In this document: piece by piece, positions 1 to 10,163 of the stretch
Layout: each line of letters begins with the position of its first letter
Position numbering within the stretch: the first letter of the stretch is position 1
Source: an uncultured Candidatus Poseidoniales archaeon
GTDB taxonomy: Archaea; Thermoplasmatota; Poseidoniia; Poseidoniales; Thalassarchaeaceae
Direction: 5' to 3'
Assembly: GCA_964013425.1 (NCBI GenBank)
Contig: CAXGWC010000001.1
Span: 51,201-115,200 of the forward strand
Length of the DNA stretch: 64,000 bases
Translations under genes and position numbers: made by a program
The notes under the pieces: model-generated
Database searches by the model: none
What the model saw: only the letters and a program-made list of their open reading frames with translations
Told to the model about the DNA's origin: nothing

Positions 1-707
1 CCGAGTGTTGTCTGGGGCATGATCCAGTAGTCCAGTATTGGCTACATAATGGTATGATAAATATCGATGGAGAGAAGATGAGTAAATCAGTCGGTAATTT
101 CTGGACAGTCAGTGACGCATTAGGGAAAATCGAACCTCTTGTACTCAGATATGCTCTGATTAATGCTCCATACAGACAGCCTGTAGATTTTAATTCCGTA
201 ATGATTGATGACTCAATCTCTCATCATGGTAGGTTGCTAAGCTCGTATTCGGAAGCACTATACTACTCCGAAGAAATCAGGAATGACTACTCAGGAATTG
301 AACATCTTGTTGAGGCCACTCGTAGAATCAGGTCCGGTATGGATGACGACTTCAATACCCGTATTGCTCTGGTAGAGGTCCAATCTGTAGTGAAATCACT
401 TATTTCGTTACTTGACTCAGGCGAGAAAGATCCTCATCTGATGTCATCCTATGTGCAGTGGCTAGAGGAATTTGCGGGAGAAGTTCTGGGAATTCTGCCA
501 ACTCCAAGTGTAGCAATTTCTTTACATGAGGATAAAATCTCTAGGAGGTCCGAAATATCTGCAAAAGTAGAATCATTACTAGAGATGAGGGAATCTGCGA
601 GGGCCTCAAAAAATTGGTCAGAGTCAGATAGGATAAGGGATGAGCTTACTGAAATCGGAGTAGTAGTTGAGGATGGCCCAGAAGGCACAAAATGGAGATT
701 AAGCTAG
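1..707 (+). CDS. cysS: Cysteinyl-tRNA synthetase, C-terminal part (5' end outside window)
   Basis: The frame is open from base 3 (..LGHDPVVQYWLHNGMINIDGEKMSKSVGNF). It has the class I KMSKS loop followed by a helical anticodon-binding/C-terminal region. Stop TAG at 705-707. Confidence 0.85.
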   Translation, partial: ECCLGHDPVVQYWLHNGMINIDGEKMSKSVGNFWTVSDALGKIEPLVLRYALINAPYRQPVDFNSVMIDDSISHHGRLLSSYSEALYYSEEIRNDYSGIEHLVEATRRIRSGMDDDFNTRIALVEVQSVVKSLISLLDSGEKDPHLMSSYVQWLEEFAGEVLGILPTPSVAISLHEDKISRRSEISAKVESLLEMRESARASKNWSESDRIRDELTEIGVVVEDGPEGTKWRLS

Positions 708-722
708 TATAATTGTACCATC

Positions 723-3275
723 TCATTCTTTTTCTCGTATCAGTGATCCGAAAGCAGTCTTTCTCAAGAGGGCCACAAAAGACAGAAGAAGGATGATTCC
801 TATCACAACACTTGGAGTGAAAAATCCATTACTAGTTCGCTGGTCTTCCTCCAGCAAAGGCGTGTCAGTATCAGTATTCTGTATATACTCCACGTTGTGT
901 CTGCAACTAACTTCCTCGGGATAGACTCCAGCATCAGTACATATCCTTCCAGGTACTGTGAATGCTTCAGATACGTCTAGCATACAGAATGATGACTCCC
1001 CTGAAATTATGCACTCTTCCGTTTCATCCATAACGATAAGTATCGAACCACAGAGAACCTGCTCGCCATCCCTATCTGTTAGCGATGGATGTTCCGAAAG
1101 GCACTCCTCCAGGTGGACCCCTTCCTCCAGAGTTGTGGGATGGGCTATGTATCCCCCTCTTGGTCCAAAGCTATTGAAGAAGTCTGGAAGTACTGGACGA
1201 GGCACTATTGGATCCCCGCCTCCCTGCGAAATATTCGTAGCAATCGGTTCCGCTCCACCGACGGTCCCTCCAACCCTATGGCCGTCTTCATCTAATTCAA
1301 CGTCGTAGAATTCTGTCCACAAATCTATGCTCCTTCCATTCTGGAATGAAGGAGTCCTATTCAGGACATCGAAATAACGGTCATCGCCCATGGTGAATAG
1401 ATATTCAATCGGAACAACCTTTCCCTCGTTACACCCGCTAAGATATTCCATCATTTCTGAGAAGGTCTGCTGGGCCTCTGGAACCCCATCATAGGTAATA
1501 TCAACAGCCTTTCTGAATCCGTCCCCCTGTATTATCTCGACTTCATCATCCAATGCCTGCATGATGTCCACATCGCCGAACACTGGCAGGCCTCCCACGA
1601 CTACCAATCTAACATCGGGGTCGATCGCTTCAATCACATTCCTGTATGGGTCGGCTTCAAATGTATCCAAGACAACTAAGTCTGCCGCAAGGCCACTTTG
1701 GATTCTACCAGTGTGATCTGACCATCCAATAGCATCAACTACATTGGTAGTAATTGTCTGAACCAATTCGTAATCGGAGAAAATATCTCCGAGAACATTC
1801 CTGTCCCACCAATCGGCAATCTTCAGTTCGTGCATAGAACTCTTAGATCCTGACGGGCTCCAGTCAGGTCCAATCATGATGTTCACTCCCTCTGATTTTG
1901 CAGTATAGATATCAGTCGTTTCCCCGTATAGTAGGAGATTTGAGGTCGGTGACCAAGCGAGACTACCTCCTACATCGCCCAGAGCAGAGAACTCAGGTTG
2001 AGTTAGACCTGTTCCGTGAATGATAACTATCTCCTCTACGAGCAAGTCATTCTGGACCAAGATATCAAACTCCGATCTACTCGACTCATCGATGCCCTCT
2101 GCCAAATGTATGAACCATGCATCAAGATTGCCATTTGAGTTGCCTTGCTTGATGTGATTGCCCTCATAGTCGGACTCAATCTCTGTCACCTTAGTATGGA
2201 TTTGGTCCTTTCCGAAGTTGTAGTACTCGATATTTCTGGCTAGCATTGTTTGGAAAGTATCCTTGTTTGAGGTTGAGCTCCCTTGAATAGCAGTATTCCC
2301 ACCTGCAATAGCCCTCAGTTCTGCGAATCTCATAGTTGATGAATCAGATGTAGAGCAGCCCACATCCTTGGCATCACGATATGCGTCATCAGCCTGCCAT
2401 TGATACCTGTTCTGCCAGCCATCTGTCCCATGGTCCCATAGTGGGATGATATTGTAATGAGCATGGTTATGAGGGTCAATAAAACCTGGATAAATTGTGC
2501 CACTAGTAGGTATTGAAACTACTCCTTCGGCTGAACTTGGAGTTGGCTCTGAGGAACTCCATACCTCCTCGATGACTCCGTCTCGTATGAGTATCCTTCC
2601 ATCATCGATAACATCAGTCTGGGATTCCATAGTTACTACTCTACCTTCCAGGATATACTCCCCCCTATGGATATGGTCCTCTGGAGGGTAGCAGTTCCCC
2701 ATCAGATGGTTAACGCCGACCCATTCTTGATCGTTAGCTCCTCCTGGAGTAGGGCTGGAATCGGATAGCTTCGCCCAACTTCCGTCGCTCCCATAGCCAT
2801 ATGGTACCCCAAAGTCAGAGTCTTCGGACGGATAGCTTACAGAGTCTATCTCCAAACCCTCGTCATTGCTAATTGTAACCGTATCTCCCTCCCAGTAGTC
2901 AAACTCAATATTGGTCTGTGCCCTGTAGAACACAACATAGGCACCAGGCTCAATTACAGTCCCCCAAGCTATACTGCACATTGGTGAACCCCCGTTCTCC
3001 AAGTCATCTATCCACCATCCCCCTATGTCTATTGCAGAATCAGTGGGGTTGTGCAACTCTAGGAACTGGTTAGAGAACCTTCCAATTTCCCCATCTCCAT
3101 TCCAATCAATCCCTCCATACTCCTCGCTATTTGGAGATACGTATATCTCGTTGATAATGACAGAATCCCCCGTTCCCTGCGCAGAGGTAGTGATAATCGG
3201 CGATGATAAGACTAGAATCATCAACGTAGTCACGACAAGCGACCCGGCGCGCATGATATGCCGATAGAATGACAT
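723..3275 (-). CDS. Secreted, C-terminally anchored amidohydrolase-family protein with N-terminal lamin-tail-like (LTD) domain
   Basis: The ORF runs to 3326; the likely start is ATG 3275 (MSFYRHIMRAGSLVVTTLMILVLSS, signal-peptide-like, TSA/QG site). LTD-like block VIINEIYVSPN..FLELHNPTDSAIDIGGWWIDD. Metal-dependent hydrolase motif GFIDPHNHAHYN and a late AADLVVLD block. C-terminal hydrophobic anchor VVIGIILLLSFVALL. Confidence 0.6.
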   Translation of the reverse strand: MSFYRHIMRAGSLVVTTLMILVLSSPIITTSAQGTGDSVIINEIYVSPNSEEYGGIDWNGDGEIGRFSNQFLELHNPTDSAIDIGGWWIDDLENGGSPMCSIAWGTVIEPGAYVVFYRAQTNIEFDYWEGDTVTISNDEGLEIDSVSYPSEDSDFGVPYGYGSDGSWAKLSDSSPTPGGANDQEWVGVNHLMGNCYPPEDHIHRGEYILEGRVVTMESQTDVIDDGRILIRDGVIEEVWSSSEPTPSSAEGVVSIPTSGTIYPGFIDPHNHAHYNIIPLWDHGTDGWQNRYQWQADDAYRDAKDVGCSTSDSSTMRFAELRAIAGGNTAIQGSSTSNKDTFQTMLARNIEYYNFGKDQIHTKVTEIESDYEGNHIKQGNSNGNLDAWFIHLAEGIDESSRSEFDILVQNDLLVEEIVIIHGTGLTQPEFSALGDVGGSLAWSPTSNLLLYGETTDIYTAKSEGVNIMIGPDWSPSGSKSSMHELKIADWWDRNVLGDIFSDYELVQTITTNVVDAIGWSDHTGRIQSGLAADLVVLDTFEADPYRNVIEAIDPDVRLVVVGGLPVFGDVDIMQALDDEVEIIQGDGFRKAVDITYDGVPEAQQTFSEMMEYLSGCNEGKVVPIEYLFTMGDDRYFDVLNRTPSFQNGRSIDLWTEFYDVELDEDGHRVGGTVGGAEPIATNISQGGGDPIVPRPVLPDFFNSFGPRGGYIAHPTTLEEGVHLEECLSEHPSLTDRDGEQVLCGSILIVMDETEECIISGESSFCMLDVSEAFTVPGRICTDAGVYPEEVSCRHNVEYIQNTDTDTPLLEEDQRTSNGFFTPSVVIGIILLLSFVALLRKTAFGSLIREKE

Positions 3276-3343
3276 GACTTCAACCCAACTATACAGGAGC
3301 ATTGAGGGCGAAGTGGGAAATAGCACTATTTCTGCCCAGCTAC

Positions 3344-4819
3344 ATGGATGGCATTAGGGCAACCTGTGTCGCACTTGTTACAATCATGTTCTCCTCCGTT
3401 TCCCTGTCTGGATGTATACATGATGCAATTATTGAGAATCTGAGTGTCCCTTATCCAGAATGGTATCAAGAAATGGAATTTATCGATGATCCAATGAGTC
3501 ATACAGACTCCTGTTTCAGTACTCCGTGTGTGAGAAATTTCACAATCGGGGAGCCTTTCTCGGATGAAATCTGGGACGAGACTGGCAACAAATGGGCTGT
3601 TTTTGGGAACGTTGAGGGAGGTAATTGCTGTGAGCACTACCTTGCCGCTACCAAGGAGGGCTGGATAATGAATTTTGGAGGGGAGTACCCCACTTGGTCC
3701 GAAGATAGGGGACATACATGGCAGGAGTATCAACCCTCAATATTCTCTCAGCTGGGATGCATGGAGCCCAAGCCAACAGTACCTGGGCAGGAGGGGCTGG
3801 GAGAGGGAAGTATAGTCCAGGCGACCAATGGGGATATTATTTCCATGGGGTGGTTCCCATATCCGAGTGCTAGTGGCGCCGATCAATTCTATGCGTTCTT
3901 CTATGACGCCGAAGACGAAGAGTGGAGTTGGTGTTTCAACAGGACTCCAGAGCCTTTCTATGATCGTTCTTGGCAAGTCGAGGTAATAGGCCCGATTAAC
4001 GGAGGACTCTACGGCAACGGGCCATGGGCCAGTCTTGTAATTTCCAACTTCTGGCACCAAGTACAGAATGTGGGAGGCCAGATTTCCACTGACGGACTAA
4101 ATTACGAATACTTTGGCTTCCCAGATAGGGATGCTGGCTTGGATATAATAGAAGTAGATCTAAGTCCTTCTGAACTGGGGCCTGAGTGGGATTTCACTAA
4201 GCCTCATAAAGAGATGAGAGCTTTTCCGGTTCCCTCAGGAGGTCTGTACTTCCCAGACTACTTCATTGATGGCAGGGATGCATTTCTCGATACCTCGCTC
4301 AATTGGTGGACAGGGGTTACATTAGGTGGCAATTCCCTACCCTCTCAGTATTGTGCTTTCGACTCATCAACAGCTCTACATTGCGTCACCACGAGTAATT
4401 CTAACCTCACCCATATGCTCTCTTGGGATGGGGGGGAGACATGGGAGAACCAATCATATGATCTCTCAATAGAGGCCACAGGATTGGAGGAGTGGGAATT
4501 TCACTCAAATGGATTGCACGACCTATTCGTTCTCAATGTAAGGTATCAGAGCTTTTCTGGGCCCGATGTGGATATAGCTTGGCATGTTAGGGACTTCTCC
4601 GAGAGTATGGTTCCAGACTCGAGGACCTATATCGGGCAAGGCGATCTTGACTCGACATCCGGAGCAGGAAATGACATCAGATTCGACTTCGCTAGCATGG
4701 GGATCCTTCCAGATGGTGGCTCATTCATAGCGTATCAGGACTCTACCGACCCTGATCCATTGTTCTCAGTGGAGTTATTACTGCCACCAGGATACATAGC
4801 AAAATCCCAGACACTATAG
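3344..4819 (+). CDS. BNR/Asp-box repeat (sialidase-like beta-propeller) putative lipoprotein
   Basis: The ORF opens at TTG 3302, but ATG 3344 is more likely. Hydrophobic leader with lipobox-like SLSGC. Two clear Asp-box motifs, SEDRGHTW and SWDGGETW. Confidence 0.6.
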   Translation: MDGIRATCVALVTIMFSSVSLSGCIHDAIIENLSVPYPEWYQEMEFIDDPMSHTDSCFSTPCVRNFTIGEPFSDEIWDETGNKWAVFGNVEGGNCCEHYLAATKEGWIMNFGGEYPTWSEDRGHTWQEYQPSIFSQLGCMEPKPTVPGQEGLGEGSIVQATNGDIISMGWFPYPSASGADQFYAFFYDAEDEEWSWCFNRTPEPFYDRSWQVEVIGPINGGLYGNGPWASLVISNFWHQVQNVGGQISTDGLNYEYFGFPDRDAGLDIIEVDLSPSELGPEWDFTKPHKEMRAFPVPSGGLYFPDYFIDGRDAFLDTSLNWWTGVTLGGNSLPSQYCAFDSSTALHCVTTSNSNLTHMLSWDGGETWENQSYDLSIEATGLEEWEFHSNGLHDLFVLNVRYQSFSGPDVDIAWHVRDFSESMVPDSRTYIGQGDLDSTSGAGNDIRFDFASMGILPDGGSFIAYQDSTDPDPLFSVELLLPPGYIAKSQTL

Positions 4820-4865
4820 AGGAAGAAGCACGATTTCAATCGACCGATTTAGAGATTGACTAGCA

Positions 4866-7800
4866 TCAAGTCTTCTCGACACGGACCGATATTTTCACTC
4901 CATCTACTGCGAATTCCATGGAGTTATCATCAGCCACTCCCTCGTTCAGATATGCTTTCTCTGAGCGAGTCTCAGATACTACTCGCTCCCAGTCTCTATC
5001 GGATAATTTACCGTCCTCGATCCAAACGCTGAGATTTATCGTCGCCTCAATTTCTAGGTCTAAATCCTTCCTTTTAGCCTGAATTCTCCTAATTATATCT
5101 CTGGAAAGGCCTTTTGAAAGGAGATCCTCATCAACTTCCATATCCAGAACCAGGGAGACATCCCCATAATCTCCAGAGAGCGTCTCTGCGGCAAAACCCT
5201 CCCTTTCAACTCTCTTTATGTCAATATCACTGACATTAATCTCATACCCTCCGACAGCTGCAATTCCAGCCTCAATCTCAAGTAGTAATGACTCAGGATC
5301 AATCATCTGTAACTCAGAGAGAACTTTCGGGAGGTCAGCTCTACACTTAGCTCCAAGAGCTTTCCTATTAGGCACAATTTCGATCTTCTGGAAAGTATCC
5401 AAGTCGTCTATGACGCTGATTTCCTCAACATTAAGCTCCTCCGAGAGAATTTCATGGAAGCTCGACAGGTCAGGACCGCCTACTATCCATCCTGATCTAC
5501 ACGGAAGCCTCTGTCTCCTCCCAGCATCTACCCTTACTCTCCTGCCCGCTTCAGCAATTGACCTAACCAACTCCATCTCCATTTCCACCAAGGGATCAAC
5601 GGGAGGAAGGGAACTCTCGATAATATCAGAACCAACAGGCCAATCCGCCAAGTGAACAGATGATCCAGTCAGCCCCCTATGTATTGCGTCAGACACGAAA
5701 GGAGATACAGGTGCCATAAGCCTACAAACTATCAGGAGAACTTCATGGAGTGTGTTCTGACAAGAATGCTTGTCTAAACTATCCACTTCATTCCATAGCC
5801 TCCTTCTAGACCTTCTAACATACCAGTTTGAAAAATCATTAACTACGAAAGCCTCTAAATCCCTTCCAGCTTTATGAAAGTCCCATCGAACGAATTTATC
5901 ATGATATCCCTGTGCCATCGATGAAGCCTTCGATAAAATCCATCTGTCAAGATGGCTTCTCTCTTCTAGTGGGACAAATGTGTCATCATTACCAGGATCA
6001 AATCCATCGAGCGAGGCGTAATCGGCATGGAACTTGTATACATTCCACAATGTCAAAAACATCTTCGCATAAGACTCTCTCACCCCATTTGGATCAAAGT
6101 TCGTAGGCGACCAAGGGGCACTCTGAGTTGTCATATACCATCTAATTGAATCAGCGCCTTCCTTGTTGAAATGGTCCCAGGGATTCACGACATTCCCCTT
6201 CGACTTACTCATCTTCTTCCCGTCCTTATCGAGGATATGGCCCAGAGAAAGGCATCTACGATAGCATATGCTATCGAAAACTGTTGTGGAAACCGCCATC
6301 AAGGAATAGAACCAACCCCTGGTTTGATCTACTGCTTCACAAATGTAATCAACCGGGAAAGAGCCATCAAACTTGTCCTCATTTTCAAAGGGGTAGTGCC
6401 ATTGGGCGAATGACGCACAACCAGAGTCAAACCAGCAATCCATTACATAGGGTTCCCTAATCATCTCGCCATCGCATCCCACTTGCGGGCAAGATAGGGT
6501 AATATCATCAACATACGGTCTGTGTAGTTCCGGCGGCATTTCCGAGGATTCAGTCTTCATTTCCGAGAGCTCTTCTACACTCCCAACACAGTGTTCACTC
6601 CCGCACTTCTTGCAAATCCAGACTGGAAGAGGGGTCCCCCAGTATCTTTCCCTACTGATCGCCCAGTCCTTGATGTTGGATAGCCATTCCCCCATTCTTT
6701 TTGATCCAGTCCACTCAGGCGCCCATTCGACTTCTGAGTTGTATTGTAGTATCTGTTCTTTCACTGCAGTCATTCTAACGAACCAGCTATCCATTGCATA
6801 ATACAACAACGGATGATCTGTCCTCCAACAGTGAGGATAATCGTGAGTGTACGAGTGCTCTCTGTAAAGGAGCCCTTCCTTCTCCAGTAAATCAATAATA
6901 ATGTCGTCGCACTGTTTGACATTTTTCCCATCAATATCACTGTGGGTCCCTTCGATAAATTTGCCGTCCATCCCCACGGTATGTTGCGCTGGAAATCCAA
7001 CTTCCATGCCAAGACTGTAGTCTTCCTCGCCATACATAACCGCAGTATGCACAACCCCGGTTCCATCAGTGGTAGTGACAAAGTCCGCCCCTACTATGGT
7101 CCACGCGGACGGATGTCCCTCTCCATCAATGGCTCCCGGAAAAAGTGGCTTGTATGATTTTCCAATTATTTCTGAACCGGCAAACTCGTCCAATACCTCG
7201 ATGTGGTTTCTCAATACATTACCAATCAGGTCCTTGGCTAGAATCAATTCTTCGCCAACCTCCGCCCCTCCTCTGCCTTCCCACGAATCAGACGGACCAG
7301 AGGTTATCTTCACTCTGCAGTAGGTTACATCTGGACCAACTGCAAGACCTACATTGCCCGGAAGTGTCCAGGGAGTAGTAGTCCAAGCCAATACAGAAGC
7401 TTCATCCTCCAGAAGCTTGAATTTCACAAACACTGCAGGCTCAGTAACCTCTTTGTAACCCAGGGAAACTTCGTGGCTAGAGTAGCTAGTTCCCGTTTGA
7501 GGGCAATATGGTAGAACCTTGTGGCCCCTAAATAGAAGCCCCTTATCGAACATCTGCTTCAATGACCACCATGCCGATTCTATGTATTGGTCATGCAGAG
7601 TTACATAGGGATCGTCAAGATCGACCCAGAAACCCATTCTCTCTGTCATTTCTCTCCAGGTCTCTTCGTAAGTCCACACGCTCTCCTTACATTTCTCGTT
7701 GAATTCTTTCATGCCATAAGCTTCAATCTCTTCGTTGGACATCAGGTTTAGTTGCTTCTGGACCTCAATCTCTACCGGTAGGCCATGAGTGTCCCAACCT

Positions 7801-8054
7801 GCCTTTCTTTCAACTACATGCCCTTGCATTGTCTTCCATCTGCACACCATATCTTTGAACAGTCTTGAAATTACATGATGGATACCAGGTTTCCCATTGG
7901 CAGTGGGGGGCCCTTCGAGAAATGTGAAAGCGGACCCATGTCCCCTCCTCGAGTCAATAGATTTGGCAAAAGTCCCCTCGACTCTCCAAGTATCCATCAA
8001 GGAGCTCTCGAGGGCAACTGGATCAAACTCACCCGCAGGCTCGGGCACTACCAT
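4866..8054 (-). CDS. ileS: Isoleucyl-tRNA synthetase
   Basis: HIGH-type motif PTANGKPGIHHV, KMSKSKGN loop and Cys clusters CKKCGSEHC / CPQVGC. Length and block order are typical of IleRS. The start is ambiguous (ATG 8054 vs TTG 8144); the first 30 aa of the long form have no IleRS character. Confidence 0.9.
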   Translation of the reverse strand: MVVPEPAGEFDPVALESSLMDTWRVEGTFAKSIDSRRGHGSAFTFLEGPPTANGKPGIHHVISRLFKDMVCRWKTMQGHVVERKAGWDTHGLPVEIEVQKQLNLMSNEEIEAYGMKEFNEKCKESVWTYEETWREMTERMGFWVDLDDPYVTLHDQYIESAWWSLKQMFDKGLLFRGHKVLPYCPQTGTSYSSHEVSLGYKEVTEPAVFVKFKLLEDEASVLAWTTTPWTLPGNVGLAVGPDVTYCRVKITSGPSDSWEGRGGAEVGEELILAKDLIGNVLRNHIEVLDEFAGSEIIGKSYKPLFPGAIDGEGHPSAWTIVGADFVTTTDGTGVVHTAVMYGEEDYSLGMEVGFPAQHTVGMDGKFIEGTHSDIDGKNVKQCDDIIIDLLEKEGLLYREHSYTHDYPHCWRTDHPLLYYAMDSWFVRMTAVKEQILQYNSEVEWAPEWTGSKRMGEWLSNIKDWAISRERYWGTPLPVWICKKCGSEHCVGSVEELSEMKTESSEMPPELHRPYVDDITLSCPQVGCDGEMIREPYVMDCWFDSGCASFAQWHYPFENEDKFDGSFPVDYICEAVDQTRGWFYSLMAVSTTVFDSICYRRCLSLGHILDKDGKKMSKSKGNVVNPWDHFNKEGADSIRWYMTTQSAPWSPTNFDPNGVRESYAKMFLTLWNVYKFHADYASLDGFDPGNDDTFVPLEERSHLDRWILSKASSMAQGYHDKFVRWDFHKAGRDLEAFVVNDFSNWYVRRSRRRLWNEVDSLDKHSCQNTLHEVLLIVCRLMAPVSPFVSDAIHRGLTGSSVHLADWPVGSDIIESSLPPVDPLVEMEMELVRSIAEAGRRVRVDAGRRQRLPCRSGWIVGGPDLSSFHEILSEELNVEEISVIDDLDTFQKIEIVPNRKALGAKCRADLPKVLSELQMIDPESLLLEIEAGIAAVGGYEINVSDIDIKRVEREGFAAETLSGDYGDVSLVLDMEVDEDLLSKGLSRDIIRRIQAKRKDLDLEIEATINLSVWIEDGKLSDRDWERVVSETRSEKAYLNEGVADDNSMEFAVDGVKISVRVEKT

Positions 8055-8153
8055 GACCTCGGGAGTAAAGGCATCGTATTGAATATGACTCGTTATAAGA
8101 TTTGGACATATCTGACTAGTAGAGTTCAATAATGTCTTCACCAACGCCGTGAT

Positions 8154-8801
8154 ATGACAGAGACGCTGACAGTCAATGTCGGAGGTATGACCTGTGACGG
8201 TTGCTCATCAAATGTGTCTTCAGCTCTAAATTCACTAGCCTCTGTCTCATCTGCAAATGTATCTCATTTAACCGGAACAGCCGTCATTACTCACACGGGA
8301 GCGACCTTCGAGGAGATTAAACTCACAATTCAAAAGTCCGGATATCTTGTAGATGGGGAGTCTGAACCATTCAATTGGACAGACGGCCCTGTGTGGAGGC
8401 AGTCCGCCCATAACACGAAATGGTGTTTGGTTGGATGCAGTATCGGAGATTTCGGAACCATCGCCGCATTCCAATTTATTCCTTATTTTAATGATCTTGG
8501 ATGGTCTACAATGTCGATTATGCTACTCGCGATGTTCAATGGGATCATGACCTCCATCGCTCTCGAGACATTCATCCTATCCGCACAGATGGCATTGAAC
8601 GAAGCTTTCAGAGTCGCTATTGGAATGTCTCTAATTTCGATGATTTCAATGGAAGCGGCTATGAATATTGTTGATGTCATACTGACCGGAGGGGCCAAGC
8701 TGACCTTGTGGGTCATAATTCCGATGTTGGTCGCAGGATTCCTGACGCCATGGCCCTACAATTACTGGAGACTCAAGAAATACGGAGTAGCTTGCCACTA
8801 G
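8154..8801 (+). CDS. Heavy-metal-associated (HMA) domain fused to DUF4396-like membrane domain
   Basis: N-terminal GMTCDGC metal-binding motif in a ~65-aa ferredoxin-like segment. The C-terminal multi-TM region has WCLVGCSIGDFG, resembling DUF4396. Confidence 0.6.
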   Translation: MTETLTVNVGGMTCDGCSSNVSSALNSLASVSSANVSHLTGTAVITHTGATFEEIKLTIQKSGYLVDGESEPFNWTDGPVWRQSAHNTKWCLVGCSIGDFGTIAAFQFIPYFNDLGWSTMSIMLLAMFNGIMTSIALETFILSAQMALNEAFRVAIGMSLISMISMEAAMNIVDVILTGGAKLTLWVIIPMLVAGFLTPWPYNYWRLKKYGVACH

Positions 8802-8811
8802 GTGATGTATC

Positions 8812-9588
8812 ATGCAGAACTGGGAAACACTAGGTAATGAGATTACTGAATGGATATTGGACTATGCCAACAGCAACGGGATAACAACCCTAGTAGTGGG
8901 AGTTTCCGGGGGGATAGATTCAGCTGTAACTTCCACCCTATGTGCCAAAACCGGACTCAATACACTCGCCCTAAACATGCCTATCCATCAGATCGAAGAT
9001 CAATTCGATCTTTCGAATCAGCATTTGTCATGGCTGACAAAAAATTGGGACAATGTTAGATGCGAGACTATCGATTTGTCTGAAACATTTGACTCATTTA
9101 GTAGTGCTTTTGGGGACAACTCCACAAATCATAGTCTTGCAAATTCTAGAGCCAGACTTAGGATGGCCGCCTTGTATAATTTCGCCGGCATTGAAGCCAT
9201 CAATGGCATTGTTGTGGGTACGGGAAACAAGGTTGAAGATTTCGGAGTTGGATTTTACACCAAGTATGGTGATGGCGGAGTAGATATCTCTCCTATTGCC
9301 GATCTCTACAAATCAGAAGTATACGCACTTGCCGACGCCTTAGGAGTCATCCAAGAAATTCAAGACGCCGCTCCAACCGATGGCCTCTGGTTAGACGGTA
9401 GGACCGACGAGGAACAGATGGGGGCTACCTATGAGGAACTAGAGTGGGCTATGAGGGAGATTGAGAACCCTTCAGAAAAGGAGCCCACTGAAAGGCAGAG
9501 ACAGGTAATGGAAAGATACATCGAACTCAATAAGGCTAATTCGCACAAGATGGAGCCTATTCCAGTGTTCAAGAGAAGTGACCGCTGA
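8812..9588 (+). CDS. nadE: NH3-dependent NAD+ synthetase
   Basis: PP-loop VGVSGGIDSAV. 258 aa, with the block APTDGLW..DE.QMGATYEELE typical of NadE. Confidence 0.85.
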   Translation: MQNWETLGNEITEWILDYANSNGITTLVVGVSGGIDSAVTSTLCAKTGLNTLALNMPIHQIEDQFDLSNQHLSWLTKNWDNVRCETIDLSETFDSFSSAFGDNSTNHSLANSRARLRMAALYNFAGIEAINGIVVGTGNKVEDFGVGFYTKYGDGGVDISPIADLYKSEVYALADALGVIQEIQDAAPTDGLWLDGRTDEEQMGATYEELEWAMREIENPSEKEPTERQRQVMERYIELNKANSHKMEPIPVFKRSDR

Positions 9589-10162
9589 CTTCAATTATTG
9601 GCGACACGCCGGTCGTTTCATGGATGAACTACCACAAACCCAGACCAGCTATGCCGATAGTGGCCAGATGATGGCTGTAGAGTTCGATAGGAAGATCATC
9701 ATTTACTGGTGGATGTCTGCAAACTTGGGACTTCTATTTTCAGTTGTCGGAATCATACTAATGCCTATCTGGATTCCGTTCGGGTGGCTTGTTCACCAGA
9801 AGCAGTACGAACATATGAGTGGAGCCCTCACAGAACGCTCGCTCAATATGCGAATGGGGTGGATGTTCAAGAAGCAACAGAATATTGCCCTAGACAAGCT
9901 AACCGATGTCTCAATTCATGAGGGCCCCATTCTCAGTGCCTTCGGTGTCGTTAGGATGCAGTTCGAGACTGCCGGCGCGGCCCCATTCATACTGACTGGG
10001 GTGAAGAATGCCAACGAGTTCCGTGACCTCGTCCTCAGACAGAGGGACTCTCTCGTAACCACACCAGCTCAACAACCCACACAAACAACCGAATCCAGTG
10101 ATGTTCTGGTTGAAATTAGGGATATTCTAACGAAGATAGAGTCAAAGCTCTCTGAAAAGTAG
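9578..10162 (+). CDS. Membrane protein with bacterial-type PH (bPH_2/YdbS-like) domain
   Basis: A hydrophobic hairpin (LGLLFSVVGIILMPIWIPFGWLV) is followed by LDKLTDVSIHEGPILSAFGVVRMQFETAG. The start is uncertain (GTG 9578 overlapping the nadE stop, or ATG 9620). Confidence 0.55.
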   Translation: MTADFNYWRHAGRFMDELPQTQTSYADSGQMMAVEFDRKIIIYWWMSANLGLLFSVVGIILMPIWIPFGWLVHQKQYEHMSGALTERSLNMRMGWMFKKQQNIALDKLTDVSIHEGPILSAFGVVRMQFETAGAAPFILTGVKNANEFRDLVLRQRDSLVTTPAQQPTQTTESSDVLVEIRDILTKIESKLSEK

Positions 10163-10163
10163 G

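Noticed and set aside
5218-5655. Long antisense ORFs inside well-supported genes. Examples are 5218-5655 in ileS, 3326-3733 in the BNR gene, 32857-33285 in eif2g, 57795-58280 in sufD, 63420-63956 in the CARDB gene and 11374-11733 across the AcnX start.
   Set aside because: Each is fully embedded opposite a gene with strong family motifs. Their translations are Ser/Pro/Leu-rich with no recognisable motif, as expected for the reverse strand of acidic coding sequence. None has an SD-like box at its start.
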